DNA from: Methanobacteriota archaeon | GTDB lineage: Archaea; Thermoplasmatota; Thermoplasmata; SG8-5; JAGLSY01 | Direction: 5' to 3' | Length of the DNA stretch: 64,000 bases | NCBI GenBank assembly: GCA_020697715.1 | Contig: JAEHCO010000002.1 | Location: forward strand, 252,667 to 316,666 | Made by a program: the position numbers and the translations under genes | Part shown: in pieces, positions 40,517-50,832 of the stretch | Layout of the letters: the number at the start of each line of letters is the position of its first letter | Numbering within the stretch: position 1 is the first letter of the stretch | The notes under the pieces: model-generated | Databases searched by the model: none | What the model saw: only the letters and a program-made list of their open reading frames with translations | What the model was told of the DNA's origin: nothing

Positions 40517-41476
40517 TTGGTAACTCTGAAAGGAATTCTTGTCCATCTATTGCAGAACTATGGTTTCGAAGTCTCCGAGAAAGATGATATTCTCACCGGA
40601 GAAAAGGCAGACCAGCTGATATCACTGGGTTTTACCAATGAGTGTAGTGTGGGTTATATTGAGAATTTCAGATCAAAGCTGGGAAACACGACCTCATCCA
40701 AGATAATCGCGTCCATGATCAAGCCACTTCCCGGCGTTTATGAATACGCCGAGGCCAATGGCATCACACTGTGGGATTCCGAGGATATCGAAAAGGAGAT
40801 CGGAGGAATAATCTTTGACCATGTCAATGACCACGGTGGCTCGACCATTTTACAGTTCGCGGAGATGGTGAGGGCGGAGATCGTCGATGGCAAGGACTTT
40901 GATAATAATATTCCAGTCACTATCGAAAGCATCGGTACCGGGGATACCGAGGCCATCCAGGTCCCAATACTACACCTGGATGATGTGAAAGAGATATCCC
41001 AGAAGACCGTGAAGGGCTTCAAGTATGAATTGGAATTGGTACCGCATTTCATTTTCGAATACCTATGTATTTTTAGAGGAAAAGAAAATGCAGAGAGAAA
41101 ATACACTGGCCTGCTTCTGATAAATGCTTACACCGGCATCGCGTCAAAGTTCGACGGTGTCCCCGATATTACAGACAATCTTGACATCCCGCATATCCGT
41201 ATCGAGCCCAAGATAGACGAGCATGAGGCATCCTCGATGGCCATGTTCAAGGTCATCGAGCTTAATACGGAATTCGATGATGTCATCATCGAAAAGGAAC
41301 ACACCATAATAACAGAAAGAACCGAGTTCAAGCCAAAAGAAGAGGACATAACTCTCTCCCTCAAGGGTGTGATCAGCGTGCCGGTCTGGTGTGTCGAGGG
41401 TACTAATGGCGTGATGATAATAAATGCGGCAAATGGCAAGGTCGTCAGCGAGGAATATTATTCCAATAAGGAATGA
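40517..41476 (+). CDS. Hypothetical protein with degenerate restriction-endonuclease (Mrr)-like N-terminal fold
   Basis: LLQNYGFEV...YAEANGITLWD pattern; TTG start chosen to avoid overlap with the divergent gene. Confidence 0.55.
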   Translation: MVTLKGILVHLLQNYGFEVSEKDDILTGEKADQLISLGFTNECSVGYIENFRSKLGNTTSSKIIASMIKPLPGVYEYAEANGITLWDSEDIEKEIGGIIFDHVNDHGGSTILQFAEMVRAEIVDGKDFDNNIPVTIESIGTGDTEAIQVPILHLDDVKEISQKTVKGFKYELELVPHFIFEYLCIFRGKENAERKYTGLLLINAYTGIASKFDGVPDITDNLDIPHIRIEPKIDEHEASSMAMFKVIELNTEFDDVIIEKEHTIITERTEFKPKEEDITLSLKGVISVPVWCVEGTNGVMIINAANGKVVSEEYYSNKE

Positions 41477-41498
41477 TCTATGTATCTTTTATCTTGAC

Positions 41499-42146
41499 CT
41501 AACTGGCTTTCACATCATATTCAATAACAATGCCAGTATCCATTCTTTTCATATCTTTGAAAGCAAGTTGCACATGCTCGCCAATACCAAATCCATCACC
41601 GTCCATTGGCGTCGGTGATGTTCTCCCGCCGATCATTATGTCGCCCACGAAGATGCTGAGCCTATCAACACATCTGGCTCTGAAGAAATGCCAGATGGTC
41701 TCCCCGCCTCCTTCCACAAGTATCTTCTTGATGCCCATGCTGTAGAGATGTTCCAGCAAGCGGGTCAGGTCGATCTGTTTTTCACCGAATGATAATTTCT
41801 TGGTATTATTGCCCTGAAACTCGCGCTGGCATTGTTCATTTGTAATGATGAGAGTGACTATTGTATTGTCCAAGACCAGTGCCTCATCCGGGCATCTACC
41901 ATCCGGGTCAAGTACTATCCTGATGGGTTGGCTTGGATCTTCCACATACTTATCTTTAACAATGAGTGATGGGTTGTCAGCTATCACAGTGCCGACACCG
42001 ACCAGTATGGCATCGCATTCACTTCTCAGCTCATGCACTCTTTTGAAGTCTGCCTGGTCGGATATTTTGACCTGCTTTCGCTCGCGCCCAGCTATCTTTC
42101 CGTCAGCTGACATCGCGCAGTTCACAATGATATCTGGTCTCATCAT
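41499..42146 (-). CDS. arfC: 2,5-diamino-6-ribosylamino-4(3H)-pyrimidinone 5'-phosphate reductase (RibD-C)
   Basis: AMSADGKI, DAILVGVGTVIADNPSL and LVEGGG motifs. Confidence 0.88.
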   Translation of the reverse strand: MMRPDIIVNCAMSADGKIAGRERKQVKISDQADFKRVHELRSECDAILVGVGTVIADNPSLIVKDKYVEDPSQPIRIVLDPDGRCPDEALVLDNTIVTLIITNEQCQREFQGNNTKKLSFGEKQIDLTRLLEHLYSMGIKKILVEGGGETIWHFFRARCVDRLSIFVGDIMIGGRTSPTPMDGDGFGIGEHVQLAFKDMKRMDTGIVIEYDVKAS

Positions 42147-42190
42147 CCCCTCATAACTCCTATCTGATATTAAATTGACTCGGTGTTTGC

Positions 42191-42272
42191 TGTTTCTAAT
42201 CTCATAGATTTCTTCTAATCGCCAAGATTGTTTCTAATCGCCTATATTTTGTATATTACTAGCGATTAGAAA
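42191..42272. repeat. Three 19-bp-period direct repeats plus one inverted copy (TTCTAATCGC)
   Basis: Copies at 42194, 42213 and 42232; inverted GCGATTAGAA at 42262. Confidence 0.65.
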
Positions 42273-42370
42273 AACTAATACGTATCTCAATATTTTACCT
42301 TTTGAGTATTTGTTTCGCAGTGATAGTTATTAAGTACAGATAATGAAATGATGGCTGGAGGTCATGATAT

Positions 42371-43177
42371 ATGTCTGAAGATGTGAAGATCTATGAGCTG
42401 AAGCGTGCGGATGTCAGAGGGGCCACCGTGATAGATGGATTCCCCAGTGTGGGGCTTGTCAGCTCGATCACTGCGAACTACTTGATCAATACAATGAAAT
42501 TGACGCAGATCGGCATAATGGATTCTGTTTACTTCCCCACGGTCTCTTTGATCCGTGATGGTAAACCACAAAATCCTGTTCGGATATATGCCAGTGAGAA
42601 GGTGGGTGATTCCGAGGATAATAGGGATCAGATAGTGGTCTTCATATCCGAGTTCCAACCCCCGCCTAACCTTGTGAAGCCAATTGCCAGTGCGCTTCTT
42701 GATTGGGCCGAGGACCAGAGATGTAAGATGGTGGTTTCTCCTGAAGGGCTTGTCATTGACAGAGAGGATGAGGAAGGGTCCTCCGCGCCAGCAGAGACTC
42801 CTGGTGATGAGAACACCAGTCTTGATATCTATGGTGTTGGCAGTACTAAGGAAGCGAGAACGATACTCAATGGAAGTGGGGTCTCCGAATTCACAGAAGG
42901 CGTCATAACCGGGGTGGCAGGGGTTCTGCTCAATGAAGGAAGGCGCAGGGATTTCACTGTTGCCACGATATTGGCAGAAGCTCATCCGGATTATCCCGAT
43001 GCCAGGGCGGCTGCCAGGATCATTGAGACAATTAACAAGATGCTCCTTCATATCGAGCTGGATGCCAAACCATTGTATGATGAGGCTGGAAGGATCGAAT
43101 CTCAGCTGAAACTTATCCACAAGCAGACAAAGACCAAGCAGCCATCATCTCCTGCAAGACCGTCCATGTATAGCTGA
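42371..43177 (+). CDS. PAC2 family proteasome assembly chaperone
   Basis: DGFPSVGLV, PVRIY, GVITGVAGVLL and PDARAA motifs. Confidence 0.9.
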   Translation: MSEDVKIYELKRADVRGATVIDGFPSVGLVSSITANYLINTMKLTQIGIMDSVYFPTVSLIRDGKPQNPVRIYASEKVGDSEDNRDQIVVFISEFQPPPNLVKPIASALLDWAEDQRCKMVVSPEGLVIDREDEEGSSAPAETPGDENTSLDIYGVGSTKEARTILNGSGVSEFTEGVITGVAGVLLNEGRRRDFTVATILAEAHPDYPDARAAARIIETINKMLLHIELDAKPLYDEAGRIESQLKLIHKQTKTKQPSSPARPSMYS

Positions 43178-43239
43178 TGATTGCATGATAGTTGTAATTA
43201 CAAGATCACTGTAAGATAGTCGATCATTAGATAATTAGA

Positions 43240-44268
43240 TCATTGGCCTTGAACGAATTTATTAATATTAGTTAATATATAATAATCATCTAATTTATTT
43301 ATCTCGAGGGTATCTGGCATGAACATATTTATGATATCAAGATTTGTCTCGATATGCTTTGTCTTCTTCGAGAATATGATCTCTGGATTGCTTTTGCCCA
43401 ATACGATCAATGTCATGATCTGGTCACATCCCAGATCATCGATCGTGACATTGGAATTTATCATACTCATCAATCCATTGGCTGTTCTTTTGCCAATGGT
43501 CCCCGCCGGGACTCCCTTCTCACCCAGCATGTCTATTCCCATGAACCGGTCCTGGTCAATATAGCTCAGGACGATCCCAATACCTGGGCTTCTATTTGTC
43601 TTCCTGTCATCTATCTGGATATCCATATCCATTGGGCTGATATTTTCCCGCACAGCATCTTCCATTCTCTGTGCGATCCTATGACTCAACCCTGAGATAT
43701 TTATGACAGCTTTTACTATATTCAGACCCTTCTGGCCAGGTTCATATTTCAATTCATGTGGGGATCTTATTTTGACATGGATCTCGCCTCCACCTTTTGG
43801 GTAATATCCTCTTTTGACGATATTCATTTCACATTCGATCCCATAGTGTCTGAAGAATGGGAACAGCACATCTCTAACATAATCCACTGGTGGAGCCCAT
43901 TTGACATCCGTGCCTCCCTTCAGTACAATATCTGAAGTTCCTGGAATTGAGAATAAAACTGGCATTATCGCCTGCAATGCCAGGGTGACACTTCCCGCGG
44001 TCCCTATATCGAATTCATAATCACCATGTGATATTTTCCCGGGTATGAAGCTTACAGTCCCCGAGCCCTTTTGGTCGCCATGAAGCTTCCCACTGCATAT
44101 TTCAGATACTGCTCGTATGGATGTGATATGCTGGGCAGCCAATCCTTTTTTCGGACGATTGGCTCTTATCTTATTTACTTCGATATCCTGTCCAGTTATC
44201 GCAGATAATGCAAAAGATGTCCTGAGTATCTGTCCGCCACCTTCACCAAGAGAACCATCTATTTCCAT
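43240..44268 (-). CDS. rtcA: RNA 3'-terminal phosphate cyclase
   Basis: IDGSLGEGGGQILR, IRANR..GLAAQH, GYYPKGGG and catalytic H in TKHIETN. Confidence 0.93.
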   Translation of the reverse strand: MEIDGSLGEGGGQILRTSFALSAITGQDIEVNKIRANRPKKGLAAQHITSIRAVSEICSGKLHGDQKGSGTVSFIPGKISHGDYEFDIGTAGSVTLALQAIMPVLFSIPGTSDIVLKGGTDVKWAPPVDYVRDVLFPFFRHYGIECEMNIVKRGYYPKGGGEIHVKIRSPHELKYEPGQKGLNIVKAVINISGLSHRIAQRMEDAVRENISPMDMDIQIDDRKTNRSPGIGIVLSYIDQDRFMGIDMLGEKGVPAGTIGKRTANGLMSMINSNVTIDDLGCDQIMTLIVLGKSNPEIIFSKKTKHIETNLDIINMFMPDTLEINKLDDYYILTNINKFVQGQ

Positions 44269-44323
44269 TTTCCATTCCTTCTTTACTGCTTATCTGTAAA
44301 ATTACTCAAGCATATCAAGGTAT

Positions 44324-46078
44324 TCATTCTCTCATTATCAGGACATAGACCTTATTGGATTCTGGCCCGCCTGAATATATCTGGTTTGATCTTTCGATCA
44401 GGTGATCGAAGCTCTCATTTGAAATGACCACCCTTTCTAAAATGGATATCTGTGCTCCAATGGTCGTCCATTCATCAGATACCAGGATCGTATCATTTCC
44501 ATATATATCGTCTTCTTCCAAAAGCCATGGTAATTGCCAATCACAATTGACATCATAGTATGGATGTATGATATCTCCGTTCCTCTGGTCTGATGCTATG
44601 TCCTGTATGCCCGCATATGCCACCCATCCCATTGCCTCAAATTCATGGTCATAAGTGGTCTCTTGTATGCCGAAGGCCTCCACCCTTTCATAAGCAAGAG
44701 GGACAGATGCGACACACAATAAACAGAATCCTATGAACAAAGCCACAGGTAATATTTTTGCCACTGGCAATTTAATTCCCAGTATGCTATTCATAGGCTT
44801 ACTGGCAGTTGCATATGTTATCTTAATTAGGTAAGCGATACCTATACCACTGACGATCGCCAATGGGATATCTATGAAATTGTATGCCCTGAAGACCAGT
44901 GTGAAATTGAATATGTCCAACCCTCTCAGTGATGAGAAGATCATGAGTGATAAAGGTGCGAAGAACATGGCGATGATCATTGGCTTATGTTTGAAGCTCG
45001 AGTATCTCAGTATATTGAATCCCGCCATGCCTATGAGTGCGAGGATGAAATAGGGTAACATCAGGTCAAGAAGTAAGGCCGTGGTCTTTGGCGCGCTGGT
45101 GAAAAGAGTGATCCTGCTACTTATGTACATGATCAGGATGCCTATGACGACCACCAGTGTCTTCTCATCAAAAAGGGCGAAAATGGAAAGATCGCCCTTC
45201 TTTGTCTTCAATGGTAATATGAACCATGGCTTTGAAGTTACTGGTGATGATATTAGTATGTGTATGAGCAGGGCGATTATGCATACTGAGAACATAAGTG
45301 CCGAATCATTTAGATTGTTCACCTCGGAGAAGAATTCCATATTCGTGACCTTGTAATAATAGATCACGATAAGACCCAGAGCGGGTCCCAGTAGTATCTC
45401 GGTCGCTACGTGTTTGAAGTATCTTTCCTCATGTTTATTGGCCACTATTATTGTATAAGCGGTCATGGTGGTGATGGTGATATAAGCAATAAGGCTGGAA
45501 AGGTGATGGACGAAGGGCAGAAGCAGTAGCAAGGCCACGGATATGTATCTGAACTTATTGTCATCTCTAAGGCTGTATGTGTAGAATAGAAGGCATAGAA
45601 GAACAATGCCCAATAGTTCTTTCATTGCCGCCGTGGTCACATAAACGAAAAGTCCTGTGAAAGCAAGGAAGAAACCTGCCATGAAGGCCGCCATCTGGTT
45701 CTTGATGATCTTCAGCACGAAAGCGTATATTATTATGACCGATATTGAGCCAATGAAGGCACAGAAATAAGGTATCAGGGTCAATGGTTCGATACCCGTT
45801 ATCAATGAGAATTGGGATAGTAAAAGGGAAAATATGGGCAATTTCATATTATAGCCTAATAGGCCTGAATAGGCTGCATGATCAGGAATGTGGCTTGTGG
45901 ATATCATTATCTCGGATATCCTAACAAGTGGGAAACCATCTATATTGAAGGGCAGGGAGGATGACATTGTCGGTATAAGACGAATGATGAATGCCAGTAA
46001 GAACAATAGTATCATGATGGGTATGCTGTATCTGCCGTAATTATCGTTGCTACCACTACTGCCATTTTCCCCACTCAT
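44324..46078 (-). CDS. Large polytopic membrane protein (possibly GT-C-like)
   Basis: About 13 TM helices; IRLIP...NIDG after TM1; HHLS motif; soluble C-terminal domain. Confidence 0.6.
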   Translation of the reverse strand: MSGENGSSGSNDNYGRYSIPIMILLFLLAFIIRLIPTMSSSLPFNIDGFPLVRISEIMISTSHIPDHAAYSGLLGYNMKLPIFSLLLSQFSLITGIEPLTLIPYFCAFIGSISVIIIYAFVLKIIKNQMAAFMAGFFLAFTGLFVYVTTAAMKELLGIVLLCLLFYTYSLRDDNKFRYISVALLLLLPFVHHLSSLIAYITITTMTAYTIIVANKHEERYFKHVATEILLGPALGLIVIYYYKVTNMEFFSEVNNLNDSALMFSVCIIALLIHILISSPVTSKPWFILPLKTKKGDLSIFALFDEKTLVVVIGILIMYISSRITLFTSAPKTTALLLDLMLPYFILALIGMAGFNILRYSSFKHKPMIIAMFFAPLSLMIFSSLRGLDIFNFTLVFRAYNFIDIPLAIVSGIGIAYLIKITYATASKPMNSILGIKLPVAKILPVALFIGFCLLCVASVPLAYERVEAFGIQETTYDHEFEAMGWVAYAGIQDIASDQRNGDIIHPYYDVNCDWQLPWLLEEDDIYGNDTILVSDEWTTIGAQISILERVVISNESFDHLIERSNQIYSGGPESNKVYVLIMRE

Positions 46079-47301
46079 TGTTCTGCCCCCAATAATGATA
46101 TAAGTTCGGGTATGGCATCGTCACTGCTCTTGTCAGCATCGCTGATCATGGCCTGTGGATTGGCATTTAAGAGTGCCTCATTCACAATTATGCCTGAAAT
46201 GATGAAGATCAACATGGTGGAAATGCCGATCTGTGCAAGGATGGTAGAATCTACCATTGGTCTTATGGTCTGGCCGAACATGAGTAATAGTGAATGTGAT
46301 CCAATTAGGTTAACTATCACATAGCCTGCAAATGTTCCCAATATGGAGGCTGGGATGGATATCAGGATTATGTCCTTGGCTATTAGCTTTCTAAGATAGT
46401 TCTTGTTCGCTCCTATCGCGCTCAGGGTACCAATGTCTGGCCTTCTTTCGATTATGGCCCGTGCGATGATGGCAGTCGCTCCTATGAATGTAAGTGCTAT
46501 ATCCAGTATGATGAATGTCAATACCACTATCTTGATGCTATCTCCACCTTCTTGAATGAATACGCTGACAAAGCTTCCTCCAGAATCCTTGAATTGCTCT
46601 GGCTCATATTTGAAGGCCACGGTCAATTGTTCTTTTTCTTCTTCTGTAAGATTGGTGTTCACAGCGGTATCTGTTCCGCTCTGGTCACTTATTATAACGG
46701 GTTCATCCTTCTCTTCCAGCTCATCCATAAGGGTGGTTCTATTGGTGGCCTTGACCCTTATACTGGATACATGATCTGATCCAAGACCAGCAAGTTCTCT
46801 TGCTATGTCGAGAGATACCAATGCGTCATCTGCAGATGAAGGACTGTTATAGATCGCATCTATCTTAAATTGATATATACCTGGCCTTGTTGAGCCTGTG
46901 AATATAATAAGATCTCCAATTTTCAAACCTGCCCTCGTGGCGAGTTTTTCACCAATGATAACAAATTCATTGGTTTGTGGGATCTCACCCTTTACTATCT
47001 CACCATCTTCAAGTTCAAAATATTTGTCGAGAATGACTCCTCTGGTGATGACTGGATTATCACCAATCATGCAGAATGCATATATCTCGGGACTTGCGAC
47101 GACATTACCGCCTTCATTAAGTTCCAATGCTAAAGATGAGCTTAGGGAGGCAGTTGAGTTGACCTGTGAAAGTGTCATGATGTCCTCACCAAATACCTTG
47201 TTCGGAGATGACTGGATCCCTAGAAGCATGGGTATTGATGAACTGAATACCAGGGTGCATAGAAATAGACCAATGATCGTCTTTTTCTTCAGAAGCATCA
47301 T
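46075..47301 (-). CDS. FtsX/MacB-like ABC permease
   Basis: ERRPDIGTLSAIGA motif; extracellular domain. Confidence 0.82.
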   Translation of the reverse strand: MMLLKKKTIIGLFLCTLVFSSSIPMLLGIQSSPNKVFGEDIMTLSQVNSTASLSSSLALELNEGGNVVASPEIYAFCMIGDNPVITRGVILDKYFELEDGEIVKGEIPQTNEFVIIGEKLATRAGLKIGDLIIFTGSTRPGIYQFKIDAIYNSPSSADDALVSLDIARELAGLGSDHVSSIRVKATNRTTLMDELEEKDEPVIISDQSGTDTAVNTNLTEEEKEQLTVAFKYEPEQFKDSGGSFVSVFIQEGGDSIKIVVLTFIILDIALTFIGATAIIARAIIERRPDIGTLSAIGANKNYLRKLIAKDIILISIPASILGTFAGYVIVNLIGSHSLLLMFGQTIRPMVDSTILAQIGISTMLIFIISGIIVNEALLNANPQAMISDADKSSDDAIPELISLLGAEQ

Positions 47302-48395
47302 TGTGTATCCCTCCTTTCCAGAATCTTGGATGCTTTGATGGATGGCAGAAGACCGCCAATAAATCCTGCTGCCAATGATAATGAAAGTGGAAGGAGCAAT
47401 GAATTTATTTTGATCATGGGTATAATGATGGTATTAATTCCAAATAGAGACGAGATGGAAACAACTCCATTCACGACACATATTCCCAATGCGATACCCA
47501 ATATACCACCTGCCATCGTGATGAAAAGTGCCTTTAGAGTGAATATCCCTATTATCACTCTTTTCTTTGCTCCCAGCCCTCTCAGATTATTGATGGTCGC
47601 TTTGTGGTATTGTATCTCAATGGACATTATGGAATATACTAAAAGTATCACGATTATGCCAGTGGTCAGAACTATTGACCATAGATTATCCTCCACCTGA
47701 TATATGCCCGATTCGAAGAAGGCTACCACGCTGGTGGTCGACCTGGACTTGAGTCCGTGATCATCCACTATACCTTGAAGATCTTCATCTGCATCAAAGA
47801 CTATGAGAAAGGAATAATTATTGTCCAAGCCGGGTGAAAGCTCTATCATCTTTCCCTCTGAGACCATGATCCAATCATTTGGGAATATGAGATTGGGGGG
47901 ATATAATGAGGTTAGATTTATATAATTATAATTATATTCATTCTCTAATTTTAATCTGCTGCCCAGTGAGGTATCGAAACCATTGGTCTTCAGTCGATTT
48001 ATGGATATATTGCCCAGCAAAGCATTGTTGCCAGCGCTTTCATTGGGGAAATTAAAAGCGATGTTATTCATGGGATCATAGATGGAGACCGCATACAATC
48101 CATCCATGTACTGGCCACGATCATTCGTGACATTGATGTCTGTGAACTTAATGGCTACATAATTATCGATCTCTAATAATATGTCATTGCCAATAACACT
48201 CTTTGAGATGTCCTCATCCGAATATATCATTACAGGACCTTGGTCGAATGTTGTGGTGACTCTCTCCGTACTGTCATGTAGCCCTCCTGCGATCGCAATG
48301 GTGCCTGTGAGATAGGCAAGGCAGAAGGCGATGCCTATCATTGTCGTGAATATCCTTTTATTGGATTTCATTGCTATTCTGAGGAATGGGTGCAA
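47298..48395 (-). CDS. FtsX/MacB-like ABC permease
   Basis: INNLRGLGAK motif; LPSIKASK end. Confidence 0.82.
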   Translation of the reverse strand: MHPFLRIAMKSNKRIFTTMIGIAFCLAYLTGTIAIAGGLHDSTERVTTTFDQGPVMIYSDEDISKSVIGNDILLEIDNYVAIKFTDINVTNDRGQYMDGLYAVSIYDPMNNIAFNFPNESAGNNALLGNISINRLKTNGFDTSLGSRLKLENEYNYNYINLTSLYPPNLIFPNDWIMVSEGKMIELSPGLDNNYSFLIVFDADEDLQGIVDDHGLKSRSTTSVVAFFESGIYQVEDNLWSIVLTTGIIVILLVYSIMSIEIQYHKATINNLRGLGAKKRVIIGIFTLKALFITMAGGILGIALGICVVNGVVSISSLFGINTIIIPMIKINSLLLPLSLSLAAGFIGGLLPSIKASKILERRDTQ

Positions 48396-48601
48396 GACCT
48401 ATACTCTCCTTTTGAATTGTACTGGTTCTAAGGGTTTATATCTCTTCAGTGAGCCCTCATTGGATCATCTCCAATATCTCAATCTTTATATATCTTATCT
48501 ATGCATTTTAATGTATTTGTGTATCCAATCTAAGAGTATTATATATATAAAACATCTGTATAAATATGAATATAAAAGATCCATGGTTTTCACTATGCAT
48601 T

Positions 48602-48635
48602 CAAAAAGAAAAGGCGGGGCGGTGAGGCCGCCCCG
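48602..48635 (-). terminator. GC hairpin plus T tract after the ftsZ-like gene
   Basis: CGGGGCGG / CCGCCCCG followed on the minus strand by CCTTTTCTTTTTG. Confidence 0.7.
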
Positions 48636-48668
48636 AGTGAGGAGAGGTTGATATGTATTATCCAAAGA

Positions 48669-49439
48669 TCACGCGAACATTGGAGATTCAGTATCGGCCT
48701 GCACATCCAATGGCTGGTCGATCATATTCTCCATGTACACTTCTTCCTGGAACTCACTGTTGAGGCTCATGACATCATCGGCGATCGTCGCGATGAAGGA
48801 ACGATTCATACGGTCCCTTATATCATCGATGACTCCGGCGATGGTCCTATCAATGACAGACAGAGCGGAGGACATTTGAATATCCGGGCTCAATCTGAGC
48901 AATGAATCATTGTCAAGAACTATCGTGTTCTCTGTGACTTGCTGTAATTGCATAAGGCTGTTCTCGGCGATGGCGCGCCTTCCGACCTCTGCACTGAATG
49001 GCATTACCACGATGCCAAAATCCACAATGCCATTTCTCTTGGCAACACTTCCGACAACATGGGCAATACCTGTGCCGGTCCCGCCACCCAATCCGGCGAC
49101 TATGAAGATGATATCTGTATTCTTCAGTGATTGTTTGATCTCATCAACTGACAGTTCTGCTGCATATTCTGCAACTTCCACAAATCCTCTGGAATCCTCC
49201 CCGAAGGTGATGGACCTCCCAATGTGGATCTTCCTGTCTGCTGAAATATTCTCCAATGATCTCTGGTCGGTGTTTATGGCTATGGTGCTAACATCTCTCA
49301 GGTTTCCCCCGAGTCGATCAATAATTGCGCAACCAGCACCACCACATCCGACAACAGCTATCCTGGGCTCAATGTTTCCGGCACTGATCAGATTAATGAT
49401 CTCGTGCGTATAATTATTTCCCGCTGATGTCTGGCTCAT
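48669..49439 (-). CDS. FtsZ/tubulin-family GTPase, short form (N-terminal domain only)
   Basis: VVGCGGAG, AINTD, GLGGGTGTG and MPFSAE motifs; 256 aa from the ATG at 49439 (GGAGATGA RBS). Confidence 0.85.
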   Translation of the reverse strand: MSQTSAGNNYTHEIINLISAGNIEPRIAVVGCGGAGCAIIDRLGGNLRDVSTIAINTDQRSLENISADRKIHIGRSITFGEDSRGFVEVAEYAAELSVDEIKQSLKNTDIIFIVAGLGGGTGTGIAHVVGSVAKRNGIVDFGIVVMPFSAEVGRRAIAENSLMQLQQVTENTIVLDNDSLLRLSPDIQMSSALSVIDRTIAGVIDDIRDRMNRSFIATIADDVMSLNSEFQEEVYMENMIDQPLDVQADTESPMFA

Positions 49440-49686
49440 TTTTTCATCTCCATATATTGACCAAATTTGGCATTTCTGAGTTTGTCGACCAAACTCAGGG
49501 CTCGGTTTATGGCGAATGCCAAATATGGTATTCGGGCAGGGTTCGCCAAAAGTCATGGAGATCTTGAATCTAGTTGTTAGAGTGCATCCCAACACTTTTC
49601 TGCGTCTTCATCGGCCAGCTTGAACCAGCTTTTTTCTTCATATTCCACTCTTTTAGCGGAACCCTTACCTATTTTTGCTCATCCCA

Positions 49687-50061
49687 TCATTTTTCAATGA
49701 TCTTCTTCCCTGATCTCTTTACGACATCAATGCTTCGTCCGGTCATCTGTTCCATTCCTTTTGCTGCCTTCATTGCGGAATCTATTCTTTCATGGTCGAA
49801 ATAGTGGTCTATCGCCATATGGAGTGCGTTCTCTCTGGATCTGTAGTATCCTTTCTCTACCAAAGTGTCGATGTAATCCAGTACTAGTGGGGGGACCTCT
49901 ACCTGTATTGATGTGAGATTCTTCAGGTTCTCTTTTTGATTGACCACAGCCATTCTTATGAATTCCGATCTGCTTGAATAGCCTAGGTCTTCCACCAACC
50001 CGTCGAGCTCGTTCAGCTCTTTTTTCTGAAATCTCACAGAGATCTTTTCATCGATTTCCAT
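49687..50061 (-). CDS. Tandem ribbon-helix-helix (CopG/NikR-like) regulator
   Basis: KISVRF...ELDGLVEDLGYSSRSEFIRMAV and a second IQVEVP...GYYRSRENALHMAI. Confidence 0.85.
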   Translation of the reverse strand: MEIDEKISVRFQKKELNELDGLVEDLGYSSRSEFIRMAVVNQKENLKNLTSIQVEVPPLVLDYIDTLVEKGYYRSRENALHMAIDHYFDHERIDSAMKAAKGMEQMTGRSIDVVKRSGKKIIEK

Positions 50062-50079
50062 CTTTATTCGTCTCCATTT

Positions 50080-50185
50080 TGTACTACATCTGTTTGTTTT
50101 GCCATCTTATTCATGTAGGACAAGCAATACCCTAATGGTGTTATAAGTATATATAATCTTTGTCAAATGTCATACATTGTCATAC
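50080..50185 (-). promoter_or_regulatory. TATA box flanked by repeated TGTCATAC-like boxes
   Basis: TGTCATAC at 50168 and 50178, TGTCA at 50161, GTAGGACA at 50115, TGTACTAC at 50080; TATATATAA at about 50148-50156. Confidence 0.5.
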
Positions 50186-50190
50186 GGCTA

Positions 50191-50430
50191 TTAAAATTCA
50201 TCAATATCGTGAAGTCCGATGGTCTTTCGAACCTCGGAGAAAGGACAGGCCGTCAAACCATGTGGATAACAATCATGTCCTTCGGATGATATGCAACTGC
50301 GACATTCCATGACGATGGCATTCAGCATGAGATGTTCAAGATCCGAGTAGCTCATGGAGATCTTCATGTTCGCGTTCTGATCTATTCCAAAGTTCTCATC
50401 ACAAAGCCCTATCGCTGAAACACCAACCAT
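50191..50430 (-). CDS. Small Cys-rich hypothetical protein
   Basis: CRSC...C...CPF; lies between the two RHH genes; start uncertain. Confidence 0.55.
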   Translation of the reverse strand: MVGVSAIGLCDENFGIDQNANMKISMSYSDLEHLMLNAIVMECRSCISSEGHDCYPHGLTACPFSEVRKTIGLHDIDEF

Positions 50431-50436
50431 ATTATC

Positions 50437-50832
50437 TCATCTCCTCGCAACTTTCTTGCCCTTATTCGCACTGTCTGCAAGAGCCATGTCATTCACTATG
50501 TTCTCTGCCACGACCTTTTCCAGCTTCTCGCGTCCATCTGTATAATATTCGGATAGGCCATCGCACCATTTATTGAGGGCGATGAATATGGCTTGGTCGA
50601 GGTCTTTTGCATCTCCATTTCTGATGAACATCTCTGCTTTCTCCATCAGTCTTTTCGGGATCGTGACCTTCACTACATCCGAATTCCACATGTCTTTTTT
50701 ATCATCGATGTAGTTGTAAATGGCCTCACGGACTGCTTCACTCCTATTATTGATATTGTTCATACTGGCTATCCCTTCAAGCTCATCCAGTATCTCCGCT
50801 TCGACCCTGATATCTATTCTTTCCCTCGCCAT
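50437..50832 (-). CDS. Ribbon-helix-helix regulator (tandem RHH)
   Basis: RIDIRVEAEILDELE...NRSEAVREAI; GGTGA RBS. Confidence 0.85.
   Translation of the reverse strand: MARERIDIRVEAEILDELEGIASMNNINNRSEAVREAIYNYIDDKKDMWNSDVVKVTIPKRLMEKAEMFIRNGDAKDLDQAIFIALNKWCDGLSEYYTDGREKLEKVVAENIVNDMALADSANKGKKVARR

Noticed and set aside
43240-44268. Inactive RtcA (DDLGCDQ instead of the usual LADQ segment)
   Set aside because: The catalytic His in H-x-x-TN is retained.
49440-49595. N-terminal extension of the FtsZ-like ORF (similarly 40325-40516, 56723-56851, 63105-63173)
   Set aside because: Better starts (most with an RBS) exist downstream; the extensions lack family-like sequence or overlap neighbouring genes.
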